Of a stretch of DNA of 62,419 bases, positions 28,694 to 37,537 are shown in pieces. The stretch covers positions 1-62,419 of the forward strand of contig JAOZFT010000008.1 in the NCBI GenBank assembly GCA_027492035.1, written 5' to 3'. Numbering within the stretch: position 1 is the first letter of the stretch; every line of letters starts with the position of its first letter. Source of the stretch: Thermoproteota archaeon (lineage in GTDB: Archaea > Korarchaeota > JAOZGF01 > JAOZFZ01). The notes beneath the pieces are model-generated. The model saw nothing but the letters and a program-made list of their open reading frames with translations. It did not search any database and was not told where the DNA came from. The position numbers were made by a program, and so were the translations under genes.

Positions 28694-31600
28694 TCATTTA
28701 TTTCCTGTAAGATATTGTTGATAAGTTTGAGTTTTTAACCCCATTGCCTCAGCTATTTTCGTCACAGGAGAATTAACTAAAATAACTTGTTTAGCTTTCA
28801 CCTTTGAAGCTGCAATTAAGGCGCTGAGCTGCTCCGGGTTAAACCCTTCTCTTCGAAGGTAGTAAAGTAAAGCTGCATCTACACCTGAGAAGGGTATAAC
28901 TTGCACTAAACCGCCTGAAACCAGTTCATCTAGAACTGTTTTGAGGCTGCGATCCTTTAAAGCCTCAATAAGAGTGTACTCTGAAATAACTAAATTTGAA
29001 GTTTGTTCCAGGAAAGAAGCGAGAAGCTGCATGACATGAAGATTTTTTAGGGATTGATAATCTATCACTGTAAATTTCTTCCTCCTTTTCAAGGCAAAAA
29101 GGGATAATGGAGCTATTAAAGGAAAAACTGCAGCGAACGATGCATAAACTACAGGTTTTATAGCGGGTTGATGCACTGCAGCTGAAGCCAAGCCAATAGG
29201 TAAAGTGGGGGAGGGGGAAGGAATAGGAGAGGTAATGGGGGAAGGAGTGGGAGAGGGGGAAGGAGTAGGAGAAAAAGGAGGGGGGGTATAGGGAGGAGGT
29301 GGGGTAGCTGGGGAAGGTGAAGGGATAGTGGGGGTAGGAGTTTTTGGAGGCGGCGAGGTGAGAGGAGGTGGAGGGACAGGTGGAGTTGTTTTTATACAGG
29401 TGATTTGAGGTTCCTTTACGACTCCACTTAAGAAATAAGTGTTTTTAATTACTTCATGTAAAGATACAGATGTTCCATGAATTAAGGGTTGAACAGTGTA
29501 GTTTACAAGTGCGTAATAAATTGGGGTGTAATTGGTTGGGGTTATGTCGGAGTAAGTGTTAGAGTACCATTTTTCTCCAGGTTTAATTAACACGTTTGGG
29601 TTCTCTTGAAAAATTAACCTGCCTGAAATATTTTTTTCCCTTACGGAAACTTCACTTATATTGTATGAAATTTCTTCAGCTGTGTTTATTACTGAAACGT
29701 TAACTTCCCACCCATTACTTATTTTCTTTTTAGTTAAGCATATGTCAGCGGGACCTACTGCCTTAACGGATTTAATTCTTTCTCCAAGTAAGGTTTCATT
29801 GTTTCTGTAACTCAAATAAGCTGCAGGTAAGGTTGCGTTGAAGGAGGGGGTGAGAATTAGGTTTAAAGTTAATGATTCACTACTTCCCTTCTTTGACGAA
29901 GCCATACTCCAATTAATTTGGTGAGTAGTGTAAGAAAGAACCCCTTTCGTGACAGTTGCTGAAGCAATTTTCACCCAGGAGGGGAACTCTTTGAAGTAAC
30001 TAACATTTTCAATGTCTTGGAAGGTATTAATTTCCACGTTTAATTGACCTTTCCTCTCTTCTCCACAAATTGATGGAGAGAAAGAAAGGAATTCATAAAC
30101 ATTTAGAGGAACTACTGCATATTTAGGGTCGATTTGATATTTCCACCTAACATAATCGCCTGGCCTCAAATTATTAATGTGGAGAGGAGGAGGTACTGGC
30201 GTGTTTGAGGGGGAGGGGTAGTCGAGGTAAAAAGTTACGCCGGTATTGTTAATTTTTACCCATATGTCTGAAAGCGTGTCATTCGTCGGGTTCGAAACTG
30301 TTAAGAAACCGAAAAGTTTGGAGATGTGGAAGGAACCGTCTGGGTAAAAGGTTGCATCCAAATATTCTCTGATTTCCAAGTGGAGGTAGTTGTTTGGGGA
30401 TCCTTTAACTGAAGGAATAAACATGAAAGAAAGTGTGGCAGGCAAAATAAAAAACAAGACTTTATATAACACTTTACATTTCCCTTTTCTTCTCCTTAAT
30501 TGCTTTAAAGAAATTAAAAATAGGGAAAGAGAAAGTGGGAAAATGGTTTCAGTTAACTGCATAAATTTCCTTTCTTCATGTGTCATTTCTTTAACTTCTT
30601 CTTCAATTTTAGGGTCTAAACCTACTTCATAAGCCTTTAAGGTGAAGTATTGTGAGGGACAGGTTGAGGCAGTTAATGTGTAGTTTATGACTTTGAAATT
30701 GTTGGGGTAGGTGTTACCTAAAAAGGAAATGTTCCAGTAATAAATTGTTCCGTCTGTAGTGGATAGGCTTCCGTTATAGTTAGGTTGAGGGTTAACGACA
30801 AGGAAGCCTGAAGGCGCAAAATCGTAAACTACAGCGTTGTAAAGGGGGGTGCCAGCGAAGTTAGTTATGTTCAATGAAACATTGTAACTGCAAGGGTTCA
30901 CTCCTTCCTTCACTGACTTCTTAACACTTAAATTGTAGAGTATTTGTTGAATTCGGTAATTTAAACTGAACTCCGAAGTTCCGTTCCCGGGCAAAGTAGC
31001 TGTGGAAGTCACCCAATCCCCAACTTCAACTCCTTTACCTGTAACGTTTATTTCACAGTTGAAAGAGTTATTGGAGGGGTAAGTTGTACAGTTCCCTAAA
31101 TAAATTAATCCTTCACCGTGGTAAGGAGAAGCGTCGTTTGTGACGCCTGGGTTTGGATTATTTGAACCATTAAATGTGGAGAGATAGAATTCAATGGTTG
31201 AGTTAGCGAAAACAGATTGCGAGGGATAAAGACCAACAAATCCTTTCACATACAGAAAGTTTTTACTTAAATAAATAGATGAAATGTTTGGAAAGTCCAT
31301 GCCGTTGTTAGGTTGACTTGTATTTAGTAACCCGTCATTGTTTGTGACACCGTCTCCTTTAACGCTTCCAGATGAATCGTCACATAAATCTATACCGAGG
31401 CCTGTGTTATTGTAGAAGGCGTTACGGGTTATTGTTACATTGAAGCTGTTCCCGTAACTTGAAATTCTCCAATTAGAAACTATTAAACCAACTAGGTTGT
31501 CATGTAAAACATTGTTCTCCACTCTTACATTTCTGCAGCCCCTGTCAACTAAAACTCCGTAACCTGAACTGTTAACGACGGTGTTGTTTAAAAAGTAAAC

Positions 31601-34600
31601 ATTTCTTAAATTTCCCAGTAATTCAACAGCCCCACCGTCTAAACGGGAAGTGTCAGCTTCACAGTCCCTAATAAGGTTGTACTCTACAGTTACATTGTTT
31701 CCTTGTAAAAGGTCAATAGCTTCACTTGTTTTACTTGAACCCATGTTAGCTTCAAATAATTCACAATACTTAACTTCTAAATTGTTTCCTCCCCCTCTCA
31801 CTAAACCCCAGGAGGAGTAGCCAATATAGGACCCTGTAACTTTTATGTTTTGGTTGTTGACATAAATTATTTCACGTGAAGCACTTGGTTGCCCTGGATA
31901 ACTACCATCTGCCCTAACACCTAGTAAACATCCTTTAATCTGAGACCCTGCTCCATTTAAATAAATTAAACTTGTTACTCCAGTGAAACCGTAAACTGAA
32001 ACGTTTACAAGTAAAAAGTTAGCTCCATCCACTCTTAAACCATAGGAACCTGAAACGTCTATGTTGATTTCTATTTCAGGTTTACTGTAAAAGGGAAGTT
32101 TTTCCTCATCCCCTGTATTTGGTTCAACGTCCCCTCCTATACCTACGGTTCCTCCACTGCCAATTACTCCTTTATTGGTATCCACCCAGTTAAACAATGA
32201 ATTAAACACTGTACCATTAACCACTGTCCCTGAATCTTCAACGTAAGGGAGCCCCCCAACAGTTGAGTTAAGATTTATTCTCCACCATTTATGCTGGATA
32301 TCCTGGACAACGTTAGGGTTCACCATCATCACAAACCAGCTTCTGTCAGGGCCGGTTATAGCGTTAGAATTGATTATGAATTGTCTAAAAGACCCTTGAA
32401 CTGTCCTTGGCTCTGTTGGAGAATCATCAGCATCTCTAGTGTTCACTATCACGTCAAAACTAAAACCAAAATCCACATTTGGTATATAGCATTTAGTGGC
32501 GTTAATAAAAGATACATGCTCATAATGGTTGAAAGATGCGTTTACACTGGAGGAGTTCCAGTAATCACTTACTTCAGGGTCAACCCCGCCAAATTCTGAG
32601 CCGCAATTCAATGTTGAACCTGTGTAATTGCATCCGTAGGTTTGTTCAGCCCAAACATAGGTTTGATCATAGCCTGAATTGTAGCCGTTATTTGCAGGGG
32701 CAGGTTTTACATCTCTCGAATTCACAGTCACAAAGTAGACTCCAGTTTTTTTAACAAAAACAATGTAGTAACCTGTTGAATTAGTGGTTGCATTATAAAC
32801 ATTTACATCTCCGCCGTCAAGTGTTCCGTCTCCATCATCTACGAAAACCCTTACTTCAACACCAGATTTACCCTCGTCACCGGGTTCAAAAGGGTCTCCC
32901 CTGGAGTCAGAGTCCTCAAAAACCCTGCCCTCAATCTGGCAAAGGACAGTGAAGTTAGTTTCATCTATGTTGAAATACGTTGTGTAGTTTTCAGGGTCCG
33001 TAGGTCTCCCAGGGATATGGATTAAACCGTTCTTTGAAGGATCAATTGTAGAGGTTGACAAATCTTTAGCGTAAACTTTAACCTCCCATTCTCCGCATGG
33101 ATCAGAGGGTTTTATTACGTAAACGTTACTGTTTGTGAATACGCCATCTCCTGCTGTCACGTCTCCATGCGTGCCGTCATCATATAGAGTCGCAGTAGTT
33201 TTAATATTTCCTTCGGAATCAATAACTTCAGCTATTATACTTCTAGTAGGAGCTGCATCAACCGCAGCTGTAACATTAACAACATCTCCATAAGTGTAGT
33301 TCCCTTTTGGAGAGGTTAGGTTAACACCAAACCCCTCAGCCATAGCAGCTTGAAGAGTTGCGGTAACTGGGCACCAAACAACGTCGTCAATATATACCCA
33401 AGTTTTATAGTAAGGGTCATAATATGTGTGAAGGTTAAAGTAAACCCTTAAGGTTTGGCCTGCATAAGGAGATAAACTGTAGAGATAAGTTAACCAGCCT
33501 GAATCAGCGTAATAACCATAACTCCAACCTGGGTTTGGGTTGTATCCTGAAATCAATGTAGCCAACACCGTGTTGCTTGTATCTCTTAATGTCACTGTTA
33601 AGTAGTCATAGTATGCTGAGTCCCAACTTTCAACGCGGTAAGAGAAATATAGGTTTCCACCATCCGAAGGAACAGTAAATTGGTAGTATGCCCAAGTGTT
33701 TTCACCATTAGGTGTCAAATCTTCATCATTGTCTCTGTAACCCATCAAGAGAGAGTAATTTCCAGTGTAGGGGGCTCCGCTGTCTATTATTGGTGAAGGG
33801 GAACCATAATTGTCGTATACAGTATATGGCCCTCTTGGACTAGCTTCTATTTGTGAATTAATGTTAGGTGGGTTTCTGCCATAAACCCAATAAGAAAGAC
33901 TTCCTGATTCCAGACCTGTATTTAAAGTGTCAAGGCTTGTTTTCGCTCCATTTTCCAGTATGTCAAAGTAAATGTAATAAGTTGTTGCTGAAGGTAGGTT
34001 TTTATCTAAAATGAACCTTACAGTTCCTACTCCGTTACTTACGGGTATGTATTCTTGGGAAGGCACCAAGTTGCCTTCATCATTAATTACCCTTACCGAA
34101 TTCGGGTCAAAAGTCCCTGTTATGTTAAGTCTACTAAGCAAATTACTAAAGTTAACATAAACTGTTATCACGTGGTTTTGCTGCGTTGAAGGTATTGACA
34201 CAGGCACTCTGTAGTGCCAGTCTTCACCGTTGTTAGGACCATCAGGGTCCCACCATTCCGGGACATTGTAGAGGATGTAATAGTACCTGTTTGGGTCGTC
34301 ATAAAAAATTACTTCATTCCCTTCCTGAACCCAAATTTTTATTTCTTCTACTACGTTACCAACTTTTTTAAAAACCTTGAACGCCTGTGCACCCCTCGGT
34401 AGGTAAGCTTTTAACCTAACCCATTTATTCCTTGTTTTGTTTTCAAGAATCACTGTGACTTTCTTGTTAAGAAGGTCTATTACTTGGTGAACCTTAATTT
34501 CTCTCTTCCCCATTATTAATTTTTCAATTAGTAGATTGCAGTTGCTTGGAACAAAGATTGATCCGTTAAATATTTTTATCCTTGCTCTCCCAATTAGGAG

Positions 34601-36706
34601 GTGCGTTCCGTAACTTTTTAGGAGGGTGAGGTTTAGGATGCCTTGTGTAGTGTTTAAAAGTGTAACTTGCCATATTGCATTAATGCCTGAAGCGTTAAGT
34701 TTATTTATGAGCTTAAGTGAAGCATGTTTTTCTACTTTCAGTTTTTGAATTTTCCTAGGTTTTGAGACAACACCACCAATAATAGATGTTATTACGCCAT
34801 TTTCTTTCTTATCTAAGTCCCCATATTTCCCATCTGTTAAATTCACTTTGATCGATGAACTATTTATTTTAAAGAACCTTACAATGCTTAAATTCCTTTT
34901 TTTAGGGTCGTAAACTTTAACTCCGGAAATGTTTAATGGGAAATTTATTAGTAAAGAGACATTACCCCCCCTCTTCATTTTTACAATTAACTTAAATAAG
35001 CCTAAAGGGAACTCCTCCTTTCCCCAAGTTAAATTTGTTAATGAGTAGTTTAAGTGTTTAAGGGAGAGGATTGTTCCCTCCAAGGCTTTAAATTGGACAA
35101 GGTGCCCTTTAATACGTGGTTTTGTGGTTTTGGGTTTAAGTTCTAGAACCTCCAGCGAAGTTACTCTTGAGACCGTACAACCTTTTCTACTTACATTTAC
35201 TAGGATTAGGTAGCTTCCAGGTTTGAGTTTGCCAAGTTTTAAAGAAAAACTGCCGTTAGTAAGAAATTTTCCTCTCTTAATTATTAAATTTTCCTCCTTT
35301 TCTTTAACAAAATAGGTTACGTCGAGTTTCAGGGGTTTATTTGTTGAAACAAACCCCTTAAGAGTAACTGATTTATTCTTCGGAACACTTAATTTCTTTG
35401 GTAAAAAGAAAGTGAAGTTACACGGCGTAGTTGGGGGACGAGACTTGACAATCAACGTAGTTTTGAGTGAAGATTTTAGAGAGAACCAGCTTGAATTAAT
35501 TAATAAAGTGTAGTTTCCAGTTGTTAAATTTATTTTAAAAACAGCTTCCCCGTTTAAGGTTTCCCCCTTTAACTTATATTCCTTATTTTTGTTGTAGATT
35601 AAAACTGAAACGTTTGCTTTATCTACTAAACCTGAAGAAACTCTTTGAACAATTACTTTTAAAGTTTCTTCACCTGTGAACATTTTTTCCGGTAAATGGA
35701 CGTAAGTTTTTAATATATCCACAGTAAATTGTACGGAGCAATTTTTTCTCTTCTTCTCACTTAAAGCTTCAGCGTAAACACGGTATTTCCCAAGAGAAAC
35801 TGAACTGTTTAAGTTATAAAGGGAGTAATACGTTAGGTTTGTTAATTTAATGGGTTTTACGTTTATTTCTCTTCCATCAGGGGTTTTAATTTTAATAAGT
35901 AGTTTGTAAACTTCTTTTGTGGAGTTAATTAATAGTTTAACTGTTTCCCCAGGTGAATACGTTAGTTTATTTGTTTTTATTGTGAGTTTAAATGGTTTGG
36001 GAGGTTGCTTTGTTTGGTTAAGTGACGCATTAATACTTGCGGAAAAACTTCCCTTTATTCCCCTTTCATCAATTACTTCCCCGGTGAGGTGGTAATAATT
36101 GTCAGTTAAATTATTTAATAACAAGAAGGTTTCTCCATTCTCTATTTCCAGACTAAAGGATTTCTTTTGAGATTTGGAAGTTAAGGTTAGGTTTATTTTT
36201 CCGTTAACTTTTTCCTGGGTTAAATAGTCTTCAGCAAAGAATTTAACAAGCCAGGCAATAACGTTTTTCCGTGAAACTTTGACCTTGGCTTTTAGGGAAG
36301 TTATTGTGAAGGAAGTTGAAGTTAACTCCTCTTCCCCTATTTTTAAAGTTGCAGCATATCTTCCTAAAACTATATTTGATGAGAAATTTGTAACTGCCTC
36401 AAAAAGTGTTTCATTTATTTCTTTCAAGCATAAAATAAACGATTTGTTCAGCGGAGAAACTATTTCAATGTAACTCTCGTTTAAGGTTTTATTTTCCATG
36501 TTTAAAAGATAAGTTAGGTTTCCTGAAACGAATACCCTTATTTCGTCGAAGGGGTTGTAGAAACGTTTTTCAGGGTAAATTTCCAAGTTAATTATGGGTT
36601 GAGAGTAACTTAAATTGTTAATTAAAGAAATGAGAAGTATGGAGACAAGGAGAGAATGAACAATTCTTTTCTGTATTTTTTTGAGTTTAGAAACGTGAAT
36701 AAACAA
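28694..36706 (-). CDS. Giant (2670 aa) multidomain cell-surface protein, apparent polyprotein
   Basis: Signal peptide; MG2/Ig-like repeats; choice-of-anchor-U-like segment (LTDG..GD.D...NGVI); WW..WHYR module; LYDDGTHGD..AGDGVFT; SdrD-B-like GRVFED; parallel beta-helix; DUF11-like domain; TM-basic-TM; paralog of the 742-aa protein; Pro-rich stalk; TM; PIN-like tail. Confidence 0.85.
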   Translation of the reverse strand: MFIHVSKLKKIQKRIVHSLLVSILLISLINNLSYSQPIINLEIYPEKRFYNPFDEIRVFVSGNLTYLLNMENKTLNESYIEIVSPLNKSFILCLKEINETLFEAVTNFSSNIVLGRYAATLKIGEEELTSTSFTITSLKAKVKVSRKNVIAWLVKFFAEDYLTQEKVNGKINLTLTSKSQKKSFSLEIENGETFLLLNNLTDNYYHLTGEVIDERGIKGSFSASINASLNQTKQPPKPFKLTIKTNKLTYSPGETVKLLINSTKEVYKLLIKIKTPDGREINVKPIKLTNLTYYSLYNLNSSVSLGKYRVYAEALSEKKRKNCSVQFTVDILKTYVHLPEKMFTGEETLKVIVQRVSSGLVDKANVSVLIYNKNKEYKLKGETLNGEAVFKINLTTGNYTLLINSSWFSLKSSLKTTLIVKSRPPTTPCNFTFFLPKKLSVPKNKSVTLKGFVSTNKPLKLDVTYFVKEKEENLIIKRGKFLTNGSFSLKLGKLKPGSYLILVNVSRKGCTVSRVTSLEVLELKPKTTKPRIKGHLVQFKALEGTILSLKHLNYSLTNLTWGKEEFPLGLFKLIVKMKRGGNVSLLINFPLNISGVKVYDPKKRNLSIVRFFKINSSSIKVNLTDGKYGDLDKKENGVITSIIGGVVSKPRKIQKLKVEKHASLKLINKLNASGINAIWQVTLLNTTQGILNLTLLKSYGTHLLIGRARIKIFNGSIFVPSNCNLLIEKLIMGKREIKVHQVIDLLNKKVTVILENKTRNKWVRLKAYLPRGAQAFKVFKKVGNVVEEIKIWVQEGNEVIFYDDPNRYYYILYNVPEWWDPDGPNNGEDWHYRVPVSIPSTQQNHVITVYVNFSNLLSRLNITGTFDPNSVRVINDEGNLVPSQEYIPVSNGVGTVRFILDKNLPSATTYYIYFDILENGAKTSLDTLNTGLESGSLSYWVYGRNPPNINSQIEASPRGPYTVYDNYGSPSPIIDSGAPYTGNYSLLMGYRDNDEDLTPNGENTWAYYQFTVPSDGGNLYFSYRVESWDSAYYDYLTVTLRDTSNTVLATLISGYNPNPGWSYGYYADSGWLTYLYSLSPYAGQTLRVYFNLHTYYDPYYKTWVYIDDVVWCPVTATLQAAMAEGFGVNLTSPKGNYTYGDVVNVTAAVDAAPTRSIIAEVIDSEGNIKTTATLYDDGTHGDVTAGDGVFTNSNVYVIKPSDPCGEWEVKVYAKDLSTSTIDPSKNGLIHIPGRPTDPENYTTYFNIDETNFTVLCQIEGRVFEDSDSRGDPFEPGDEGKSGVEVRVFVDDGDGTLDGGDVNVYNATTNSTGYYIVFVKKTGVYFVTVNSRDVKPAPANNGYNSGYDQTYVWAEQTYGCNYTGSTLNCGSEFGGVDPEVSDYWNSSSVNASFNHYEHVSFINATKCYIPNVDFGFSFDVIVNTRDADDSPTEPRTVQGSFRQFIINSNAITGPDRSWFVMMVNPNVVQDIQHKWWRINLNSTVGGLPYVEDSGTVVNGTVFNSLFNWVDTNKGVIGSGGTVGIGGDVEPNTGDEEKLPFYSKPEIEINIDVSGSYGLRVDGANFLLVNVSVYGFTGVTSLIYLNGAGSQIKGCLLGVRADGSYPGQPSASREIIYVNNQNIKVTGSYIGYSSWGLVRGGGNNLEVKYCELFEANMGSSKTSEAIDLLQGNNVTVEYNLIRDCEADTSRLDGGAVELLGNLRNVYFLNNTVVNSSGYGVLVDRGCRNVRVENNVLHDNLVGLIVSNWRISSYGNSFNVTITRNAFYNNTGLGIDLCDDSSGSVKGDGVTNNDGLLNTSQPNNGMDFPNISSIYLSKNFLYVKGFVGLYPSQSVFANSTIEFYLSTFNGSNNPNPGVTNDASPYHGEGLIYLGNCTTYPSNNSFNCEINVTGKGVEVGDWVTSTATLPGNGTSEFSLNYRIQQILYNLSVKKSVKEGVNPCSYNVSLNITNFAGTPLYNAVVYDFAPSGFLVVNPQPNYNGSLSTTDGTIYYWNISFLGNTYPNNFKVINYTLTASTCPSQYFTLKAYEVGLDPKIEEEVKEMTHEERKFMQLTETIFPLSLSLFLISLKQLRRRKGKCKVLYKVLFFILPATLSFMFIPSVKGSPNNYLHLEIREYLDATFYPDGSFHISKLFGFLTVSNPTNDTLSDIWVKINNTGVTFYLDYPSPSNTPVPPPLHINNLRPGDYVRWKYQIDPKYAVVPLNVYEFLSFSPSICGEERKGQLNVEINTFQDIENVSYFKEFPSWVKIASATVTKGVLSYTTHQINWSMASSKKGSSESLTLNLILTPSFNATLPAAYLSYRNNETLLGERIKSVKAVGPADICLTKKKISNGWEVNVSVINTAEEISYNISEVSVREKNISGRLIFQENPNVLIKPGEKWYSNTYSDITPTNYTPIYYALVNYTVQPLIHGTSVSLHEVIKNTYFLSGVVKEPQITCIKTTPPVPPPPLTSPPPKTPTPTIPSPSPATPPPPYTPPPFSPTPSPSPTPSPITSPIPSPSPTLPIGLASAAVHQPAIKPVVYASFAAVFPLIAPLSLFALKRRKKFTVIDYQSLKNLHVMQLLASFLEQTSNLVISEYTLIEALKDRSLKTVLDELVSGGLVQVIPFSGVDAALLYYLRREGFNPEQLSALIAASKVKAKQVILVNSPVTKIAEAMGLKTQTYQQYLTGNK
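29205..29385 (-). repeat. Low-complexity Pro/Ser/Thr-rich stalk-coding tract
   Basis: G/A-rich + strand tract encoding TTPPVPPPPLTSPPPKTPTPTIPSPSPATPPPPYTPPPFSPTPSPSPTPSP... Confidence 0.9.
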
Positions 36707-36764
36707 CTAAACCTCCTTTTTTACTTATCCATTGCTTTTTAGAAAATTGTCTCTTTTTATTTAT

Positions 36765-37520
36765 TTATAGTTTTTTTAAGATTTTTCTGTAAATAAGTAG
36801 AGTTATTCCAGTTAGGAGTATTGTGCACCAAAAAAGGATATAGCCTTGTAAAGGCAAGAGTGGGAAGGGGAATTTACTGAATTCACAGTTCACTTTAATT
36901 CTTTCACCAGGTTCAAAATTGGTTATTTTTAAAGTGCCACCGTGAACTAATTGCTTGGAGCTGTAAGTGAAATGGTACCCCCTCGGTAGGTGAAGAATAA
37001 TTTCCCCATTTTTTATTTCTGAAGAAAAGGGCCCTATTTCAAAATTTAACTCGTTAAAAATTAATCCTTCAGCCACTATCCCCCTAACCATCAACGTTAC
37101 TTGGAAGGGGTATTCTCCGTTAGGTTCTATTGGGTCCCAAAGGGAATACCTTACCGCAACATTTCCTTTGCTACGTAAAACAATTGCTTCCTTTTCCTGT
37201 TTTGTTTCTGGGTTTTCAGCTGAAACCTTTTTAACTGTTAAACTGCTTCCCTTGATGAAGGGACTTAATGTGAAACCTGTTTCTTTACATGAAATATTTA
37301 TTATGCCATAACCTGGAACCACGTGCACGTTTGCAGTGTTTTTGTAGACACCGTAAAAAATGATTTGGGCTGAATTGTTTTCGAAAAAGAAAATATTGAT
37401 GCTTAATTTTTCGATTTTTAAGGGGTTAAGTTCATTTTGTGAAAAACTAGTCTGGGGAATTAGAAGCAATAAAAAAAGTAGGGTGGAGAAGGTGGCAACC
37501 CCTATTTTTCCCCTTTTCAC
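36765..37520 (-). CDS. Secreted beta-rich protein with C-terminal TM anchor (accessory gene of surface locus)
   Basis: Signal peptide, single beta-sandwich-like body, C-terminal TM plus RKILKKL; lies between the two large surface genes. Confidence 0.8.
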   Translation of the reverse strand: MKRGKIGVATFSTLLFLLLLIPQTSFSQNELNPLKIEKLSINIFFFENNSAQIIFYGVYKNTANVHVVPGYGIINISCKETGFTLSPFIKGSSLTVKKVSAENPETKQEKEAIVLRSKGNVAVRYSLWDPIEPNGEYPFQVTLMVRGIVAEGLIFNELNFEIGPFSSEIKNGEIILHLPRGYHFTYSSKQLVHGGTLKITNFEPGERIKVNCEFSKFPFPLLPLQGYILFWCTILLTGITLLIYRKILKKL

Positions 37521-37537
37521 TTACCTCTTCCTCTTCC

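Noticed and set aside
29205-29385. G-rich repetitive tract as CRISPR, G-quadruplex element or VNTR
   Set aside because: Fully explained by Pro/Ser/Thr codons; no constant repeat-spacer structure.
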